Positions 15,101 through 31,060 of a stretch of DNA of 64,000 nt are shown piece after piece; positions within the stretch are counted from its first letter, which is position 1; each line of letters opens with the position of its first letter. The stretch is from the NCBI RefSeq assembly GCF_009914755.1, contig NC_060931.1; one strand, given 5' to 3'. The position numbers and the translations under genes are program-made. The notes beneath the pieces were generated by a model that was not told where the DNA came from, did not search any database, and was given only the letters and a program-made list of their open reading frames with translations. The DNA comes from the human T2T-CHM13v2.0 reference genome, Homo sapiens.

Positions 15101-16501
15101 AAATGGACTTCCCTTGTGTTCAGGAAGATTCACTGGGTACCAGTGGAATAATTAGTGCAGTGAGTGCCAGGACACAAATTAAAAAATAAATTACCATAGC
15201 ATATGGCTTCTAGGTAGATGCCAATTATATCTTCCTTCTGAAGTAGGAAAATTTGAGCTTATTGTTGTGGAGAAATATTTGTTTTTCTTCCCATCTTCCT
15301 GTGTTCCTTCCTGAATAATAACGCTGACCCTCCTTGCGAGGCAGGGCTCTTTCTACCCACATTTGTGGCCTGATGAGACCCCGTGGCTGTGTGCAGGGCA
15401 TTCTACAACCACTCAGTGGTTTTCGGCTGAATGAATTCAAACAAAAAGAATGTGGTGATGCAGGCAGTAATCTCAGCCCCTTGGGTTCCTTGGCCTTTCA
15501 CAGAGAGCTTATGTCCACAGCCAAAGCACTTAGGATTCAAAACCCCTATGAGTGTATAGTGTACGGGAGGGAGGAAATGACTTAGATGAGGGTTTTAAGT
15601 TCAGCCTGTGCTCAACAGTTAAATTCAATTTAAAGACTTCCCAAAACCTTTCTGAAATTACAAAAGGGCCATGAGAAATCAGTTTCTTTCTTTTGTGGTT
15701 GCAGATTTAATTCTGCAGTTCATGAAGTTATGTCAAAGTGGTTGCATAACACTGCAAGCTGTCACTGATGGAAATGAGGATGATTTCTTCTTTTTGTTAA
15801 ATAACTAGAGTTATCCCACAAACATTCAGTCCCCACTATTGTGTTAGACGTATGACCATGATTCCTGCCCCCAGAGAATTCTAAACGTGGTGAAACATCC
15901 GTTGAAAATGCCTTAGAAAGGAAAATGCCAATGGTAGAACTGGTGCCTCAGAGGTTAAACTTGAAAAGCCCATCCCTGGAAGGAAAGGCTTGAAAGTCTG
16001 AAGAAAATACTTGGGTAAAGTTACAGAACTGAGAGGGCTGCTGGTGACTGGAGACACCTTCTCCGATCACATTCCCTGCCTCTGCATGGTCAGCACCACA
16101 GAAAATCTGCCTGCTCCTAAATTGTTCCTCACAACCCAAGTGAAGGTTTAGGATTACAACCTGGGAGACAGCCAGCTCTAGCATCCTGAACCCCTTTATC
16201 CCTACTTGGTGTGCTGTACTATTTTTTCTTTAATACCAAAGGGTCTAACCTTAGATGTTAGAAATATGGTTCCCATCCCATAAGTCATTAGTAATATGAC
16301 CTTGAGCAAGTCCCTTCTCTAATTTGTATTCTATGAACTGAAGGGTCTATTACATGAAGGCACATAATAAATGTGTTAATTTGAAATCCCCTAACTGCTC
16401 CATAATTTGTAACATCATTTAAAATGGAAAAGCTCTGTTAGAATACTGCTCCCTAACCTGGGAGTACATGAAAATCACCGAAAAAGAGGTTTTCTTAGTT
16501 G

Positions 16502-17393
16502 TGATAGGGACAGGAGGCAGGAGAATTCTGGGAAGAAGAGGGTGGGTCCCCAGTGAGGGCCCCACTCTCAAGCCTGGAACTGCAGCTCAAAATGAGAACA
16601 TGCATTCCTGTTTTCCTGCTCAAATGTTGCCTTTTCCAAAACCACCCATGGGCCACCTGGCCCCAGATCCTGTGCCCATAAAAACCCCAGGCTCCACCAA
16701 CAGAGAGCAGAGAAGAGAAGCAGCAGCTGGACGTCTGTGACTACAGTTGGATGTCAGAGAGAGGCAGCTTAATTTCAGAGGGTTGGCTTGATGGTGTTGC
16801 TTCAGAGAGGAGTCTGGTGGGAGACAGCTGGACTCTGAGGGATCATTTTCCCACTCCATCCCCTTTCAGCTCCCCTTCCTGTTGACAGCCACTTTCATTG
16901 GCAATAAAATCCTCCCTATTCACCACTCTTCAATTCGTTTGTGCAAGCTGATTCCTCCTGGATGCCGAATAAGAGCTCAGGTGCCACGGGTGTGGATGCT
17001 AAAGGCTGTCACACAGAACCTCTGCCCATGCTGGTGGAGAGCAACTGCCTCATACAAAAAGGCAGAGGGCCCACTAAGCTGTTTAACATTTAAGCCATTT
17101 GTGGACAGCAAAGTTAAAAGAGCACAGTAACATACACCCTCTGGGGCTTCAGGATTGCAGGCACCCACTAGATGCTGCCATGGGGCCCCACATGGAGTTT
17201 GCCCCAGCTGGCACCCAAAACTGCTCACTGCAGCTCCTGCACCCACTCACCTGGGCACTCCCTCCCACAAGGGGTGAAGCACAATGCGTCCAAGTGAGGG
17301 GAGTTTGCCCCTGCCAATGCCGAAGCAGCCAGCTAGATCCAGCACCAGTCCACTCCAGTTCCCGTGAGGGGGTCAGGGAAATTTCTTGCTTCA
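16502..17393 (+). mobile_element. ERV1-class solo LTR, LTR1-family-like (HUERS-P2)
   Basis: TG...CA ends (tgatagggacaggaggcagg ... tttcttgcttca); 4-bp TSD gttg on both sides; cataaaa TATA-like box near 16677; aataaa near 16903. Confidence 0.85.
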
Positions 17394-17436
17394 GTTGCCT
17401 TTTTGTTTGTTTGTTTGTTTGTTAAGATATAACTAA

Positions 17437-17732
<296 letters not shown>

Positions 17733-18019
17733 TAAAATGCACAATTCTTAAGTAGAGTCAATGTGTTTTGACAAATGTATACACCTGTGGAACTATCACC
17801 TCACTCCAAACAAAGCATTGCTAAAGAAGTTTCCCTTGTGCAACTGCCTAGTTAATCTCTTCTGACCCACAGTCAAACACCCTTTGACTTCTGTCACTAT
17901 TTAAGTGGAATTAAAAGTCTGTATTCCTTAGTATCCGGCTTCTTTCACTCATAGTATCTATGAAATTCAGTCATTCATTTCTTTTTATTGTTTAGTAGTA
18001 TTCCATTGGATGAATATCT

Positions 18020-18409
18020 TGCTATAGACAGAATGGTGTCCCCCAAATTTCATATGTTGAAGTCCTGTTCCCAATGTGATTGAATTTGGAGATAGGGATT
18101 TTAGAAGTTAATTAAGATTTGATGAGGTCACAAAGGTAGGGTCCTAATCCAATATAATTTGTGGCCTTGTAAGAAGAGGAAGAGATTCTCTCTCTCTCCT
18201 CTCCCATCATGTATGCACCAAGGAAAGGCCATGTGAGGACATAACAAGAGAGTGGTCATCTACAAGCCAAGAAGAAAGCCCTCCCCAGGAACTGAATTAA
18301 CCAAGACCTTGATCTTGGACTTCACAGCCTCCAGAATTGTGAGAAATAAATTTTTGTTGTTTAGACCCTCAGTCTATGGTATTTTATTATGCCCAAGCTG
18401 ACTAAGACA
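18020..18409 (+). mobile_element. MLT1A-like solo LTR
   Basis: tgctatagacagaatggtgtcccccaaatttcatatgttgaagtcc ... cagcctccagaattgtgagaaataaa ... gctgactaagaca. Confidence 0.88.
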
Positions 18410-19914
18410 ATACCACGATCTGTTTATCCATTCATTTGTTGATGGACATTTCAATTGTTTCTAGTTTTGCCTATGATTAATACAGCTATTAAAAATATTT
18501 GCATATAGGTTATTGTAAAATCATGTTTTCATTTCTCTTAGATAAATACCTAAGAGTAGAATTGTTGTGTCATGTAGTAAGTATATATGTAACCTTATTT
18601 TAAAAGCTGCTAATTTTTTAAAGTAGCTGTACCATTTTACATTCCAACCAGAAACATTTGAGAGTCCTAGTTGCTCCACATCCTCATCAACATTTAGCAT
18701 ATTACGATATTTTGTTTCAGCTATTCTTATGGGTGTGAAGCATTATTGCATGATGGTTTTAATTTGCATTTTTCTCTGAGGACCTATTGGTGATGAGCAC
18801 TTTTTCATATGCATATTGGTCATTTGTATAACATTTCTTGTGAATTGTCTGTTCAAGTCTTTTGCCTATTTCTCTATTGGGTTCATTGTCTTTTTATCGT
18901 AGAATGATATACATTCTGTATATATTCTGAATACAAGTGCTTTTTTAGGTACATGTATTACAAATATTTCCTTCCAGCCAATGGCCTGTATATTCATTCC
19001 CTTGACTGTGTCTTCTGATAAGCAGTAATTTTGATGAATTTTGATGAAATTTTGATATAAGTCTAATCTATCAGTGTTTTCATTCATGGTTATTCTTTCA
19101 GCATACAGTCTAAGAAATCTTTACCAACCTCATAGTCACCAAGATATTCTCTTTTGTTTTTTTCTAATAACTTCATAGTTTAGCTTCTATTCTTAAGTCT
19201 ATGATTCATCTGTAATTTTATGATGATGGGATGCAGAAGATCAATTTTTTCCATGTAATTATAAAAAATTACCATGTAAGGGTCATTTTTTTCATATAAT
19301 TATCCAGTTGTTCTAGCACCTTTTATTGAAAACGCTTTGCTTTCCCACATTAAATTGCATTACTTTGTTAAAAATTTATTAAATGTGTAAGTGTAGGTTG
19401 ATTATTGTACTCTCTATTCTGCCCATTTATCTATTTGTCTGTCCTTACACCAATAACACACTATCCTAATAATAGTAGCTTTGTATAAATCTTAAAATTT
19501 GATTCTGTAAGTCCTCCAACTTTGTTCTTTTATAAAACTTATTTTGGCTATTGCAAGTCCTTTGAATTATTTCATAAATTTTAAAATTAGCTTGTCAATT
19601 TCTACAAAAAAGCCCACTGGGATTTCAAAATGACATCCTAATAATGGTGCATCTTTCAACTCAATATATCTTTCTTTTTATTTGGAGAGCCTTGTTAAGT
19701 CCTCTCAACACTGTTTATTTTGATTACATATATGTTGTATAATTTTTGTTAAATTCAATCCTAAATATTTTCTGCTATGATGTTATTATAATTGGCACAG
19801 TTTTAAATTTTATTTTCCAGTTGTTCATTGCCAATTCATAGAAATAAAATTCACTTTTATACATTGACTGAAATCTTGCTAAATCATGTATTAGTTCTAG
19901 TAGGTTTCTTTGGT

Positions 19915-20508
19915 TTTTTTTGTTTTTAATAGACTTTATTTTTAGAGCAGTTTTAGGTTCACAGCAAAACTGATGGAAGATACAGAGATGTACCATATAC
20001 TGCCTGCCCCAAAACATGCACAGTCTCCCCCATTATCAGCATCTCCCTCCGGAGTGGTACATTTGTTACAATATCAATGAACCTACATTCATACATTATC
20101 ACTCAGCACCCATAGATTATATTAGGGCTCACTCCTGGTGATGTATCCATTCTTGGTAGGTTTGAAACCAATCTATAATGGCATGTATCTACCATTATAG
20201 TATCATACAGAGTAGTTTTATGTTCCTAAGATTCCTCTGTGCACCACATCATCCTTCTCTCCATATGTCCTACCACCTAGCAATCACTGTTATTTTTACA
20301 GTCTCTATAGTTTTGCCATTTCCAGAATGCCATATAGTTAGATTCACACAGCATGTAGCCTTTTCAAATTGGCTTTTTTCATTTGGTAATATGCATCTAA
20401 GTTTCTTTCACATCTTTTCATGGTTTTATTGCTTATTTCTTTTTAGCACTGAATAATATTCCATTGTCTGTATGTAACACAGAATTTATCCATTCATCTA
20501 CTTAAGGA
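19915..20508 (-). mobile_element. L1MC/MD-like 3' end
   Basis: ttaatagactttatttttagagcagttttaggttcacagcaaaa...gtggtacatttgttacaat. Confidence 0.8.
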
Positions 20509-21860
20509 TTCAACTCAAAATGAATTAAAGACTTAAATCTAGACCTGAAAGCATAAAATTCTTAGAAAAAAAATAGGAAAAAGTCTTCTTAACCTTGGCC
20601 TTGGCAATAATTTTTCTATTATTGCTTATGATAATAGATAAGCACAGGCATCAAAAGCACAGGCATCAAAACCAAGTTAAACAAGTGGGACTACATCAAG
20701 CTAAACAGCTTCTGCACAACAAAGGAAACAATCAACAAATGAAAAGGCAACCTATGGAACGCTAGAAAATATTTGTAAACCATATATCTAGTAAAGGTTA
20801 ATATCCAAAATATATAAGGAATTCACACAACTCAATAGCAAAAGTACAAATAACCCAATTTAAAAATGGGCAAAGGACCCGAATAGGCATTTTTCCAAAT
20901 AAGACATCCAAATGACCAACAGGTATATGAAAAGGTGTTCAATATCACTAATCATCAGAGAAATGCAAATCAAAAGCACAGGGAGCTATCACCTCATGCC
21001 TGTTAAAATGGCTATTATAAAAAAGACAGGAGATAACAAGTGTTAGAGATGATGTGACACAAAGGTAATCCTTGTATAATATTGGTTGGAATGTAAATTG
21101 GTACAGCTATTATGTAAGACAGTATGGTCGTTCCTCAAAAAATCCAAAATAAAACTGCCATATGATATAGCAATCCCACTTTGGGGTATATATCCAAAGG
21201 AAATTACAAGAGTATCTAAAAGAGATAACTGCATCCCACATTCATTGCAGCACTGTTCACAATACCCAAGGTATGGAGACAACCTAAGTGTTCATCAATA
21301 GATAAATGGACAAAAAAATTATGGTATATGTATGGTATATATACACATACACATAATGAAATACCATTCAGCCATAAAAAAGAAAATCTTGCCATTTGTA
21401 ACAACATGAATGAACCTGGAGGACATTATGCTAAGTGAAATAAGCCAGACATAGAAAGACAAATACTGCATGATCTCACTTATATGTGGAATCTAAAAAA
21501 GTCAAACTCTGAGAAGCAGAGAGTAGAATGGTGATTACCATGCGCTGGGGTGTGGGGAAAATGTTGGTCAAAGGGTACAAAGTTTCAGTTACTCAGGATG
21601 AATATTTTCTGGAGATTAAATTTATAGGATAATGACTATGGTTAAGAATACTGTATTGTATACTAGACATTTTCTGGAAGAACAGATCTTGATTGTTCTT
21701 ACCAAAAAAAAAAAAAAAAGGTAACTTTGTAAGGTGATTGATATATTAATTAGTTTGGTTGTGGTCATCATTTCACAATATATATGTATAACAAAACACC
21801 ATGTTGTATACCTTAAATATATACAATTTTTATCTGTCAATTATACCTTAATGAAGCAAT
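20509..21860 (+). mobile_element. L1MA (MA8/9/MB1-like) 5'-truncated element
   Basis: ORF2 C-terminal remnant (ECKLVQLLCKTVWSFLKK..LPYDIAIPLWGIYPKE) followed by a 3'UTR ending tgtcaattataccttaatgaagc. Confidence 0.88.
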
Positions 21861-22419
21861 GGTAGGGGAAATACACTTGGTTCTTTTGTAGCAGTTTTCA
21901 TTTCTTTCCTAAAATACCCCACCTGTCAATTTTGATATCTACATTTTATAAATTCTTTTATACATTTATAATATTTGTTTAAGGTCCTTGTTGATTAATT
22001 CTTAAAAACCAGTCATCTGTCTGGTTTCATTTATTATGCTCTCTCTTGATTATAGGCCACACTTTCCTGCTTCTTCACATCTTATAATTACTATTATATT
22101 CTGAACATTGTGTAAAATAAAACTTTGGAGACCAAGTATATTGTTTTATTTTGTTTATTTTCCTTTCCTCTGTATGGTGGTCATAGTAAGATATTAATGA
22201 TTCAAATATCTTCTAAAGTTAACTTTAGATGGGATTGGGTCATAGCTTTAATCAGATTGATTTCATCTTTGATTAGCATAACCCCTCAAATTGATTTAAC
22301 ACTATAATTTCCATATGGCTATTTGTGTATTACAATTTCATTGAGAGACACATGATAACTTGCTCTACAGTCTTGAAAAGCAAATAGTTCCAAGAATTCT
22401 TCTGATCACAGCTTTTGGT

Positions 22420-22950
22420 CAGAACAAGAGCATCAACCACAATGTGAATATGTTGAACATCTACTATGTTATGGCATGAAATTATGTGGTGGGGATATGG
22501 ACATTCCCTGCCCTCAAGGGCCATTAAAATCTAGCTGGGGAGACAGGGAAGATACCTAGAAATGTAAATAATGTGGTAAAGAAGAATTTTAAAAATATGC
22601 CAAATAGCTGGGACCAGCAATAAATGTAGCTCTCTAAAAAAGCAGTCACAGAAGGCTCTGGTGAGTAGAAAAGATTTCATGTGGGAGATGAGACTTAAGA
22701 AAATGTAAGGTAATTTAGACAGGTTCAGGGAGGCCTTTTTGAAAAAGGGAATGTCATGAACATAACATGGTGCATATTTGAGAGGAGAAGGCTAGAAGAT
22801 TACAAAGATTAGGAGATGTTTTATTTTGGAGGGTCTAGGAATTTGGCTTTGCATGGGCATTAATGCAAATCCAAAGTCCTAGTATCAATGTAGTAGACAT
22901 GGAATCAGAGCCAGACTATGAAAACATTGATTTTGCAGTAATCTGTGAAT
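22420..22950 (-). mobile_element. LINE-2 fragment
   Basis: atgttgaacatctactatg...ccctgccctcaaggg...atctagctggggagacag. Confidence 0.6.
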
Positions 22951-24168
22951 AGTGACCATGCTTATTTGCCCTCAGACCCATTTTTTTTGCCCTCCCCCTG
23001 TTCTGTATCATAGTGGGGCTAACCCCACTGGATCTACATAGCTACTGGATCTATTTGACCTGTAAAATTGAGGAGTGGGAATGAGGATTAAGATGGCAGA
23101 CAGCAGACAGCACTAGCTTGCACCTCCCACTTGGATGGACAAAGCAGTGTGTGGAGATTTGCATCGTGAATTTTTGCTCCAAGAACTACCACAGGAACAT
23201 ACCAGGAAACCTGAGAGGACCCAGAGACCCTTTGAAGGAACTGTGATAACCACTACAGGCTCCCTGAGATGCTGAAAAACTGTGAATCTGCTTGCTTTCT
23301 CAATGAGAAGGCTTTTGGTTTCGGGCAAGTTTTCAGCCCTGGTCACCAGCTGCCTGGAAATAGACTCGGTGTTATTGCGGGGGACAGTGGGAGTGAGGCC
23401 AGCCTTTAGGACTGTGGGCTACATGGGAGTGGGGTGAGTCTGTGACTGCCAGCTTTCCCTCACTTCTTTGGTGACCTGTGTGACTCAGCAGAGACAGCCA
23501 TAATCTCCCTGGGACTATCACTCCATTGGACTGGGAACCACACCACCATCCCCCACAGCAGCTGCAGCAAGCCCCGCCCAAGATGAGGCTGAGCTCAGAC
23601 AGGCCTATCCCTGCCCCAACCTGCTGGTCTTTCTCTATCCACCCTGGTAGCCAAAGGAAAAGGTCATAATCTCTTCGGAGCTCTGTGGCCCTACCCACTG
23701 CCTACGAAACCTGAATACTTAACCAAGTATCCCTAGGGCGAATTTGAATCCTCCTTATAGGACTGGAGCTGATGCACTCTTGAAAGTGCCACCTCCTGGC
23801 TGGAGGGCAATCAACCTTAAAACCAGTGCACTAAACAGAAACACAACCAAGGACCCTCACCAGAGTCCACTTCACTCCGCTGCTATCTCCACTGGAGCAG
23901 GTGCTGGTATCCATGGCTGCAAGACCTGAAGACAGATTACATCACAGGACTCTTTGCAGACACTCCCCAGTACCAGCTCAGAGCCCAGTAGCTCCTCTGA
24001 GTGGCTAAACCCAGAAGAGAAAAAACAATCACTACAATATGGCTCACAGGAAGCCCCATTTGTAAGTGAAAAGGGAGGACACCACATCAAGGGAGCACCC
24101 TGTGTGAAAAAAGAATCTGATCAGCAGCCCTTGAATCCCAGATTGCCCCTCTGACATAGTCTACCCAA

Positions 24169-25418
<1,250 letters not shown>

Positions 25419-25505
25419 AACCTCCTTAAAACATAAATCTTACAGGACCCATATAACAATAACACAATGAAAACAACACACAAGATATTCAGGCAACAAA
25501 TAGCA

Positions 25506-28500
25506 TGATGGATAGAATAATATCTCACATCTCAATACTAATATTGAATGTAAATGGCCTAAATGCTCCACTTAAAAGATTCAAAATGGCAGAATGGATA
25601 CGAATTTACCGACCATGTTTCTGCTATCTTCGGGAGACTTAACTAACACATAAGGACTCATATAAATTTAAGGTAAAGTGGTGGAAAAAGATATTCCATG
25701 GAAATGGACACCAAAATTGAGCAGGAGTAGCTATGCTTATATCAGACAAAACAAACTTTAAAGCAACAGCAGTTAAAAAAGACAAAGAGAGACATTATAT
25801 AATGATAAAAGGACTAGTCCAACAGGAAAACACCACAATTCTAAATATATATGCACCTAACACTGGAGCTTCCAAATTTATAAAACAATTACTACTAGAC
25901 CTAAGAAATGAGATAGACAGCAACACAATAATAGTGGGGGACTTCAATACGCCACTGACAGCACTAGATGGGTCATCAAGACAGAAAGTCAACAAAGAAA
26001 CGATGGATTTAAACTATACCCTACAACAAATGGGCTTAACAGATATTTACAGAACATTCTACCCATCATCTGCAGAATATACATTCTATTCATCAGCACA
26101 TGGAACGTTCTCCAAGATAGACCATATGATAGGCCACAAAATAAGTCTCAGTAAATTTAAGAAAATCAAAATTATATCAAGTCCTCTCTCAGACCACAGT
26201 GGAATAAAATTGGAAATCAACTCCAAAAGGAATCCTCAAAAACCATGCAAATACATGGAAATTAAATAACCTGCTCCCGAATGATCATTGGGTCAACAAT
26301 GGAATCAAGATGGAAATTTAAAAATTCTTTGAACTGAATAATAGTGACACAACCTATAAAGACCTCTGGGATACAGCAAAAGTGGTGCTAAGAGGAAAGT
26401 TAAATATAATTAAACACCTACATCAAAAAGTTTGAAAGAGAACAAATAGACAGTCTAAGGTCACACCTCACAGAACTGGTGAAACAAGAACAATCCAAAC
26501 CCAAACCCAGCAGAAAAAAAGAAACAAGATCAAAGCAGAACAAAATGAAATTTAAACAAAAAAATACAAAAGACAAATGAAACAAAAACTTGATTCTTTG
26601 AAAACATAAATAAAATTGATAGACCATTAACGAGATTAACCAAGCAAAGAGAGAAGATCCAATAAACTCAATTACAAGTGATACAGGAGATACTACAACG
26701 AATACCACAGAAATACAAAAGATCATTCAAAGCTACTATGAACACCTTCATGTGCATAAACTAGAAAACCTAGAGGAGATGGATAAATTCCTGGAAATAT
26801 ACTACTCTCCTAGATTAAACCAAGAAGATTAGAATCTCCGAACAGACCAATAACAAGCAGCAATATTGAAATGGTAATTTTAAAATTGCCAAGAAAAAAG
26901 TCCAGAACCAGACAGATTCAGAGCTGAATTCTTTCAGACATTCAAAGAATTTGTATCAATCTTATTGACACTATTCCAAAAGATAAAGAAAGAGGGAATC
27001 CTCCCTAAATCATTCTATGAAGCCAGCATCACCCTAATACCAAAACCAGGGCAGGACATAACAAGAACAACAACAAAACCACAGACCAATATCCCTGATG
27101 AACATAGATGCAACAATCTTCAAAAAAACATACTAGCAAATAGAGTATCAAAAAGATAATCCACCAAGATCAAGTGGGTTTCATACCAGGGATGTAGGGA
27201 GGGTTTAGCATCTGCAAATCAATAAATGTGATATACCACATAAACAGAATTTAAAACAAAAATCACACAATCATCTCAATAGATGCAGAAAAGACATTTG
27301 ACAAAATCCAGCATTCCTTTTTTGTTAAAATCCTCAGCTAAATTGGCATAGAAGGGACATATCTTAAGGTAATAAAAGCCACCTATGACAAACACAGAGC
27401 CAACATTATACCGAACGGGAAAAAGTTGAAAGCGTTCCCCCTGAGAACTGGAACAAGACAAGGACACCCGCTTTGACCACTTATATTTAACATAGTACCA
27501 GAAGTCCTAGCCAGAGCAATCAAGCGAGAAAGAAATAAAGGGCATCCAAATCGGTAAAGAGGAAGTCAAACTGTTGCTGTTTGCTGAGGGTTTGATCGTA
27601 TACCTAGAAAACCCTAAAGACTCATCCAAAAAGCTCCTAGAACTGGTAAATGAATTCAGCAAAGTTTCAAGATGCAAAATTGGTGTATACCAAACGGTAG
27701 CACTGCTATACACCAAGAGTGACCAAGCTGAGAATCAAATCCAGAACTCAACCCATTTCACAATAGCTCCAAGAAAATAAAATACTTAGAAATATACCTA
27801 ACCAAGGATGTGAAAGACCTCTCTAAAGAAAACTATAAAACTCTGCTGAAAGAAATCATAGACAACACAAACAAACGGAAACACATCTTATGCCCATGGA
27901 TGGGTAGAATCAATATTGTGAAAATGACCATAACTTCAAAAGCAACCTTGCAATTTTCATCAAAGTAGCACCATCATTCTTCACAGAACTAGAAAGAACA
28001 ATCCTAAAATTCATATGGAACCAAAAAAGAGCCCATGTAGCCAAAGCAAGACTAAGTAAAAAGAACAAATCTGGAGGCATCACATTATCCAACTTCAAGC
28101 TATATTCTAAAGCCCTAGTCACTAAAACAGCATGGCACTGGCATAAAAACAGGCACACAGACCAATGGAACAAAACAGAGGACCCAGAAATAAAGCTAAA
28201 TACTTACAGCCAACTGATCTTTGACAAAGCCAACAAAAACATAAAGTGGGGAAAGGACACCCTACTTAACAAATGATGCTGGGGTAATTGACAAGCCATA
28301 TGTAGAAGAATGAAACTGGATCCTCATCTCTTGCCTTATATAAAAATCAACTCAAGATGGATCAAAGACTTAAATCTAAGACCTGAAGCCATAAAGATTC
28401 TAGAAGATAACAACGGAGAAACCCTTCTAGACACTGGCTTAGACAAAGACTTCATGACCAAGAACTCAAAAGCAAATGCAACAACAACAAAGATAAATAA

Positions 28501-29100
28501 ACGGGACTTAATTAAACTAAAAAGCTTCTGTACAGCAAAAGAAATAATCAGCAGAGTAAACAGACAATTCATAGAGTTGGAGAAAATCTTTATAATCTAT
28601 ACATCTGACAAAAGATTAATATCAAGAATCTACAAAGAACTCAAACAAATCAGAAAGAAAAAAACAATCCTAATCAAAAAGTGGGCTAAGGACATGAATA
28701 GACAATTCTCAAAAGAAGATATACAAATGGCCAACAAACATATGGAAAAATGTTCAACATCACTATGATCAGGGAAATGCAAATCAAAACCACAATGCGA
28801 AACCACCTTGCTTCTGCAAGAATGGCCATAATTAAAACATCAAAAAATAATACATGTTGGTGGGGAACACTTTTACACTGTTGGTGGGAATGTAAACTAA
28901 TAAGTACAACACTATGGAAAACAGTGTGGAGATTCCTTAAAGAACTAAAAGTAGATCTACCATTTAATCCAGCAATTCCACTACCCAGAGGAAAAGAAGT
29001 TATTATACGAAAAAGATACTTGCACTCACATGTTTATAGCAGCAGAATTCACAATTGCAAAAATATGGAACCAGCCCAAATGCCCATCAATCAATGAGTG
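25506..29100 (+). pseudogene. L1PB ORF2 remnant
   Basis: ORFs 25733-26269 ([17 protein letters not shown]), 26965-27159, 27574-27780 (RT FADD mutated to FAEG) and 28310-28768. Confidence 0.88.
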
Positions 29101-29214
29101 GAGAAATAAAGAAGAAAGAAAAGAAAAGAAGAGAGGGAAAAAAAGGAAAGGAAAGGAAAGGAAAAGAGGGAGGGAAGGAGGAAGGAAGGAAGGAAGGAAG
29201 GAAAAGAAAGAAAA
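29101..29214 (+). repeat. GA-rich low-complexity / (GGAA)n tract inside the L1
   Basis: About 110 nt of almost pure purines, including (ggaaa)n and (ggaa)n runs. Confidence 0.9.
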
Positions 29215-29276
29215 TGTGGTGTATAAAAAGCCATAAAAAGGAATGAAGTAATGGCATTTGCAGCAACCTGGATGGA

Positions 29277-29282
<6 letters not shown>

Positions 29283-29308
<26 letters not shown>

Positions 29309-29592
29309 GAGATGGAGTCTCGCTTTGTCACCCAGGCTGGAGTGCAATGGCGTGATTGATCTCAGCTCACTGCAACCTCCGCCTCCCGCGTTCCAGCGAT
29401 TCTCCTGCCTCAGCCTCCTGAGTAGCTGGTATTACAGGTGTGTGTCACCACGCCCAGCTAATTTTTGTATTTTTAGTAGAGACGGGGTTTCACCATGTTG
29501 GTCAGGCTGGTCTCGAACTCTTGATCTTGTGATCTGCCCGCCTCGGCCTCCCAAAGTGCTGGGATTACAGGCGTGAGCCACCACGCCTGGCC
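29283..29592 (-). mobile_element. AluS (Sg-like), full length, nested in the L1PB 3' region
   Basis: T26 tail, then a complete dimer ending gagccaccacgcctggcc; L1 sequence resumes at tggagactattattc. Confidence 0.95.
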
Positions 29593-30523
29593 TGGAGACT
29601 ATTATTCTAAGTAAAGTAACTCAGGAATGGAAAACCAAACATCGTATGTTCTCACTGATATGTGGGAGCTAAGCTATGAGGATGCACAGGCATAAGAATG
29701 ATACATTGGACTCTGGAGACTTGGGGGAAAGGGTGGGGGCTGGCAAGGTATAAAAGACTACACATTGGGTACAGTGTACACTGCTTAGGTGATGGGTGCA
29801 CCAAAATCTTAGAAATCACCACTAAAGAACTTATTCATGTGACCAAACACCACCTGTTCCTCAAAAACCTGTTAAAATAAACAAATTTTAAAAAAAGAAA
29901 AAAAAGATTGAGGAGTGAGTGGAAAGAAGCCAGGGTATATCTCCCCCTCCTTGTTTGCTCTGGATTTCTCCAGCAACAGCTAAATCGCTTTCTTGGCATG
30001 TCTTCCTAGCTACTCCTTGGTGGCCCTGGCCCCTGAGTTTGGGTAAACACTGCCCTTCCCTTCTTCCCTCAGTTAAGGAGCTTAGCAGCTTCTTGGTATT
30101 ACTAATCACTGGGTTACCTCATCAAGCCCTGGTAAACTCCTCACCCTCTTCCATGGCTGCTATAATGAAGCACCTGCATTAAGTTTCTTCTGCTTTAAAT
30201 AGCCACAATGGTTTCTAGCATTCTAATTGGATCTGGTTAGATCTGGGGATATGATTATAAGTGATTTCCACTTTTATGTATCAACATTTTAGTTTTGTGT
30301 TTTGAAAATTTTATGACAGATATTAATTTTGCAATCATAATAAAACCAATTTTTAAATAAAAATTAACATGAATGAGGTGTATTGGGTGGATTAAATTTA
30401 GGAGATATTTGATGCAAATTACGTAAGGCCTGAGTATGGGTAGTTCTGTGAATTGCAGTAATAGAAATCGAAGGGAAAGAAAATACTGACTCAATAAACC
30501 AAGAATAGAGGCAGCCACTAAAG

Positions 30524-30724
30524 CAGTGATTCCAAATCAAGGGAGAATATCAGAATCACCTGGGGAGCTTTATAAAAATATATGTTTGGGTCTCACCCCA
30601 GGCCAACTGAATCAAAATATTAGATGATGGGTTCAGGCATGACTATTTGGAAATGACTTCCTGAGTGGTTTGCATAAACTCCATCCTTATCCCTCACCCT
30701 CCCATCACCACTGAGAACCTTTAG
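30524..30724. mobile_element. MER5-family hAT-Charlie MITE
   Basis: cagtgattccaaa...atcagaatcacctggggagcttt...actgaatcaaaat...tgagaacc. Confidence 0.75.
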
Positions 30725-31060
30725 CCATGAGGGAGCCACAAGGAAAAAGAACAGGCTCACTAGGAGAGAGGCAGAGGAAGAAGCAGAAGTAAAAGGATGA
30801 GGAGTGAGAGAAAAAAAAAAAAAACCTTTGCAAAGGAAAATAACATCCTATAAATTTATGTCTAGAAATTAACATTGAATAGAAAGATTTTATAAAAATG
30901 TTTCATGTTTGTCTAACATATTAGCTCTAAAAAGCACATTTCTCAAATATATTAAGATAGGGGAGGCTTTGGTGGAAGATAGTTTTAAAGATAAAGATTT
31001 TGCTGCTTAAAAATACCAAATAAAAGAAAGGGACCCCATTCGGAGCAATGCGATTTTTCT

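Noticed and set aside
20640-20670. 15-bp tandem duplication in L1MA (and a 12-bp one at about 58790-58813)
   Set aside because: Common slippage events with no further signal
19915-21860. Strand switch at about 20508 as a twin-priming L1 inversion
   Set aside because: Both sides contain their own, different 3'UTR types, so they are independent elements; no shared TSD found
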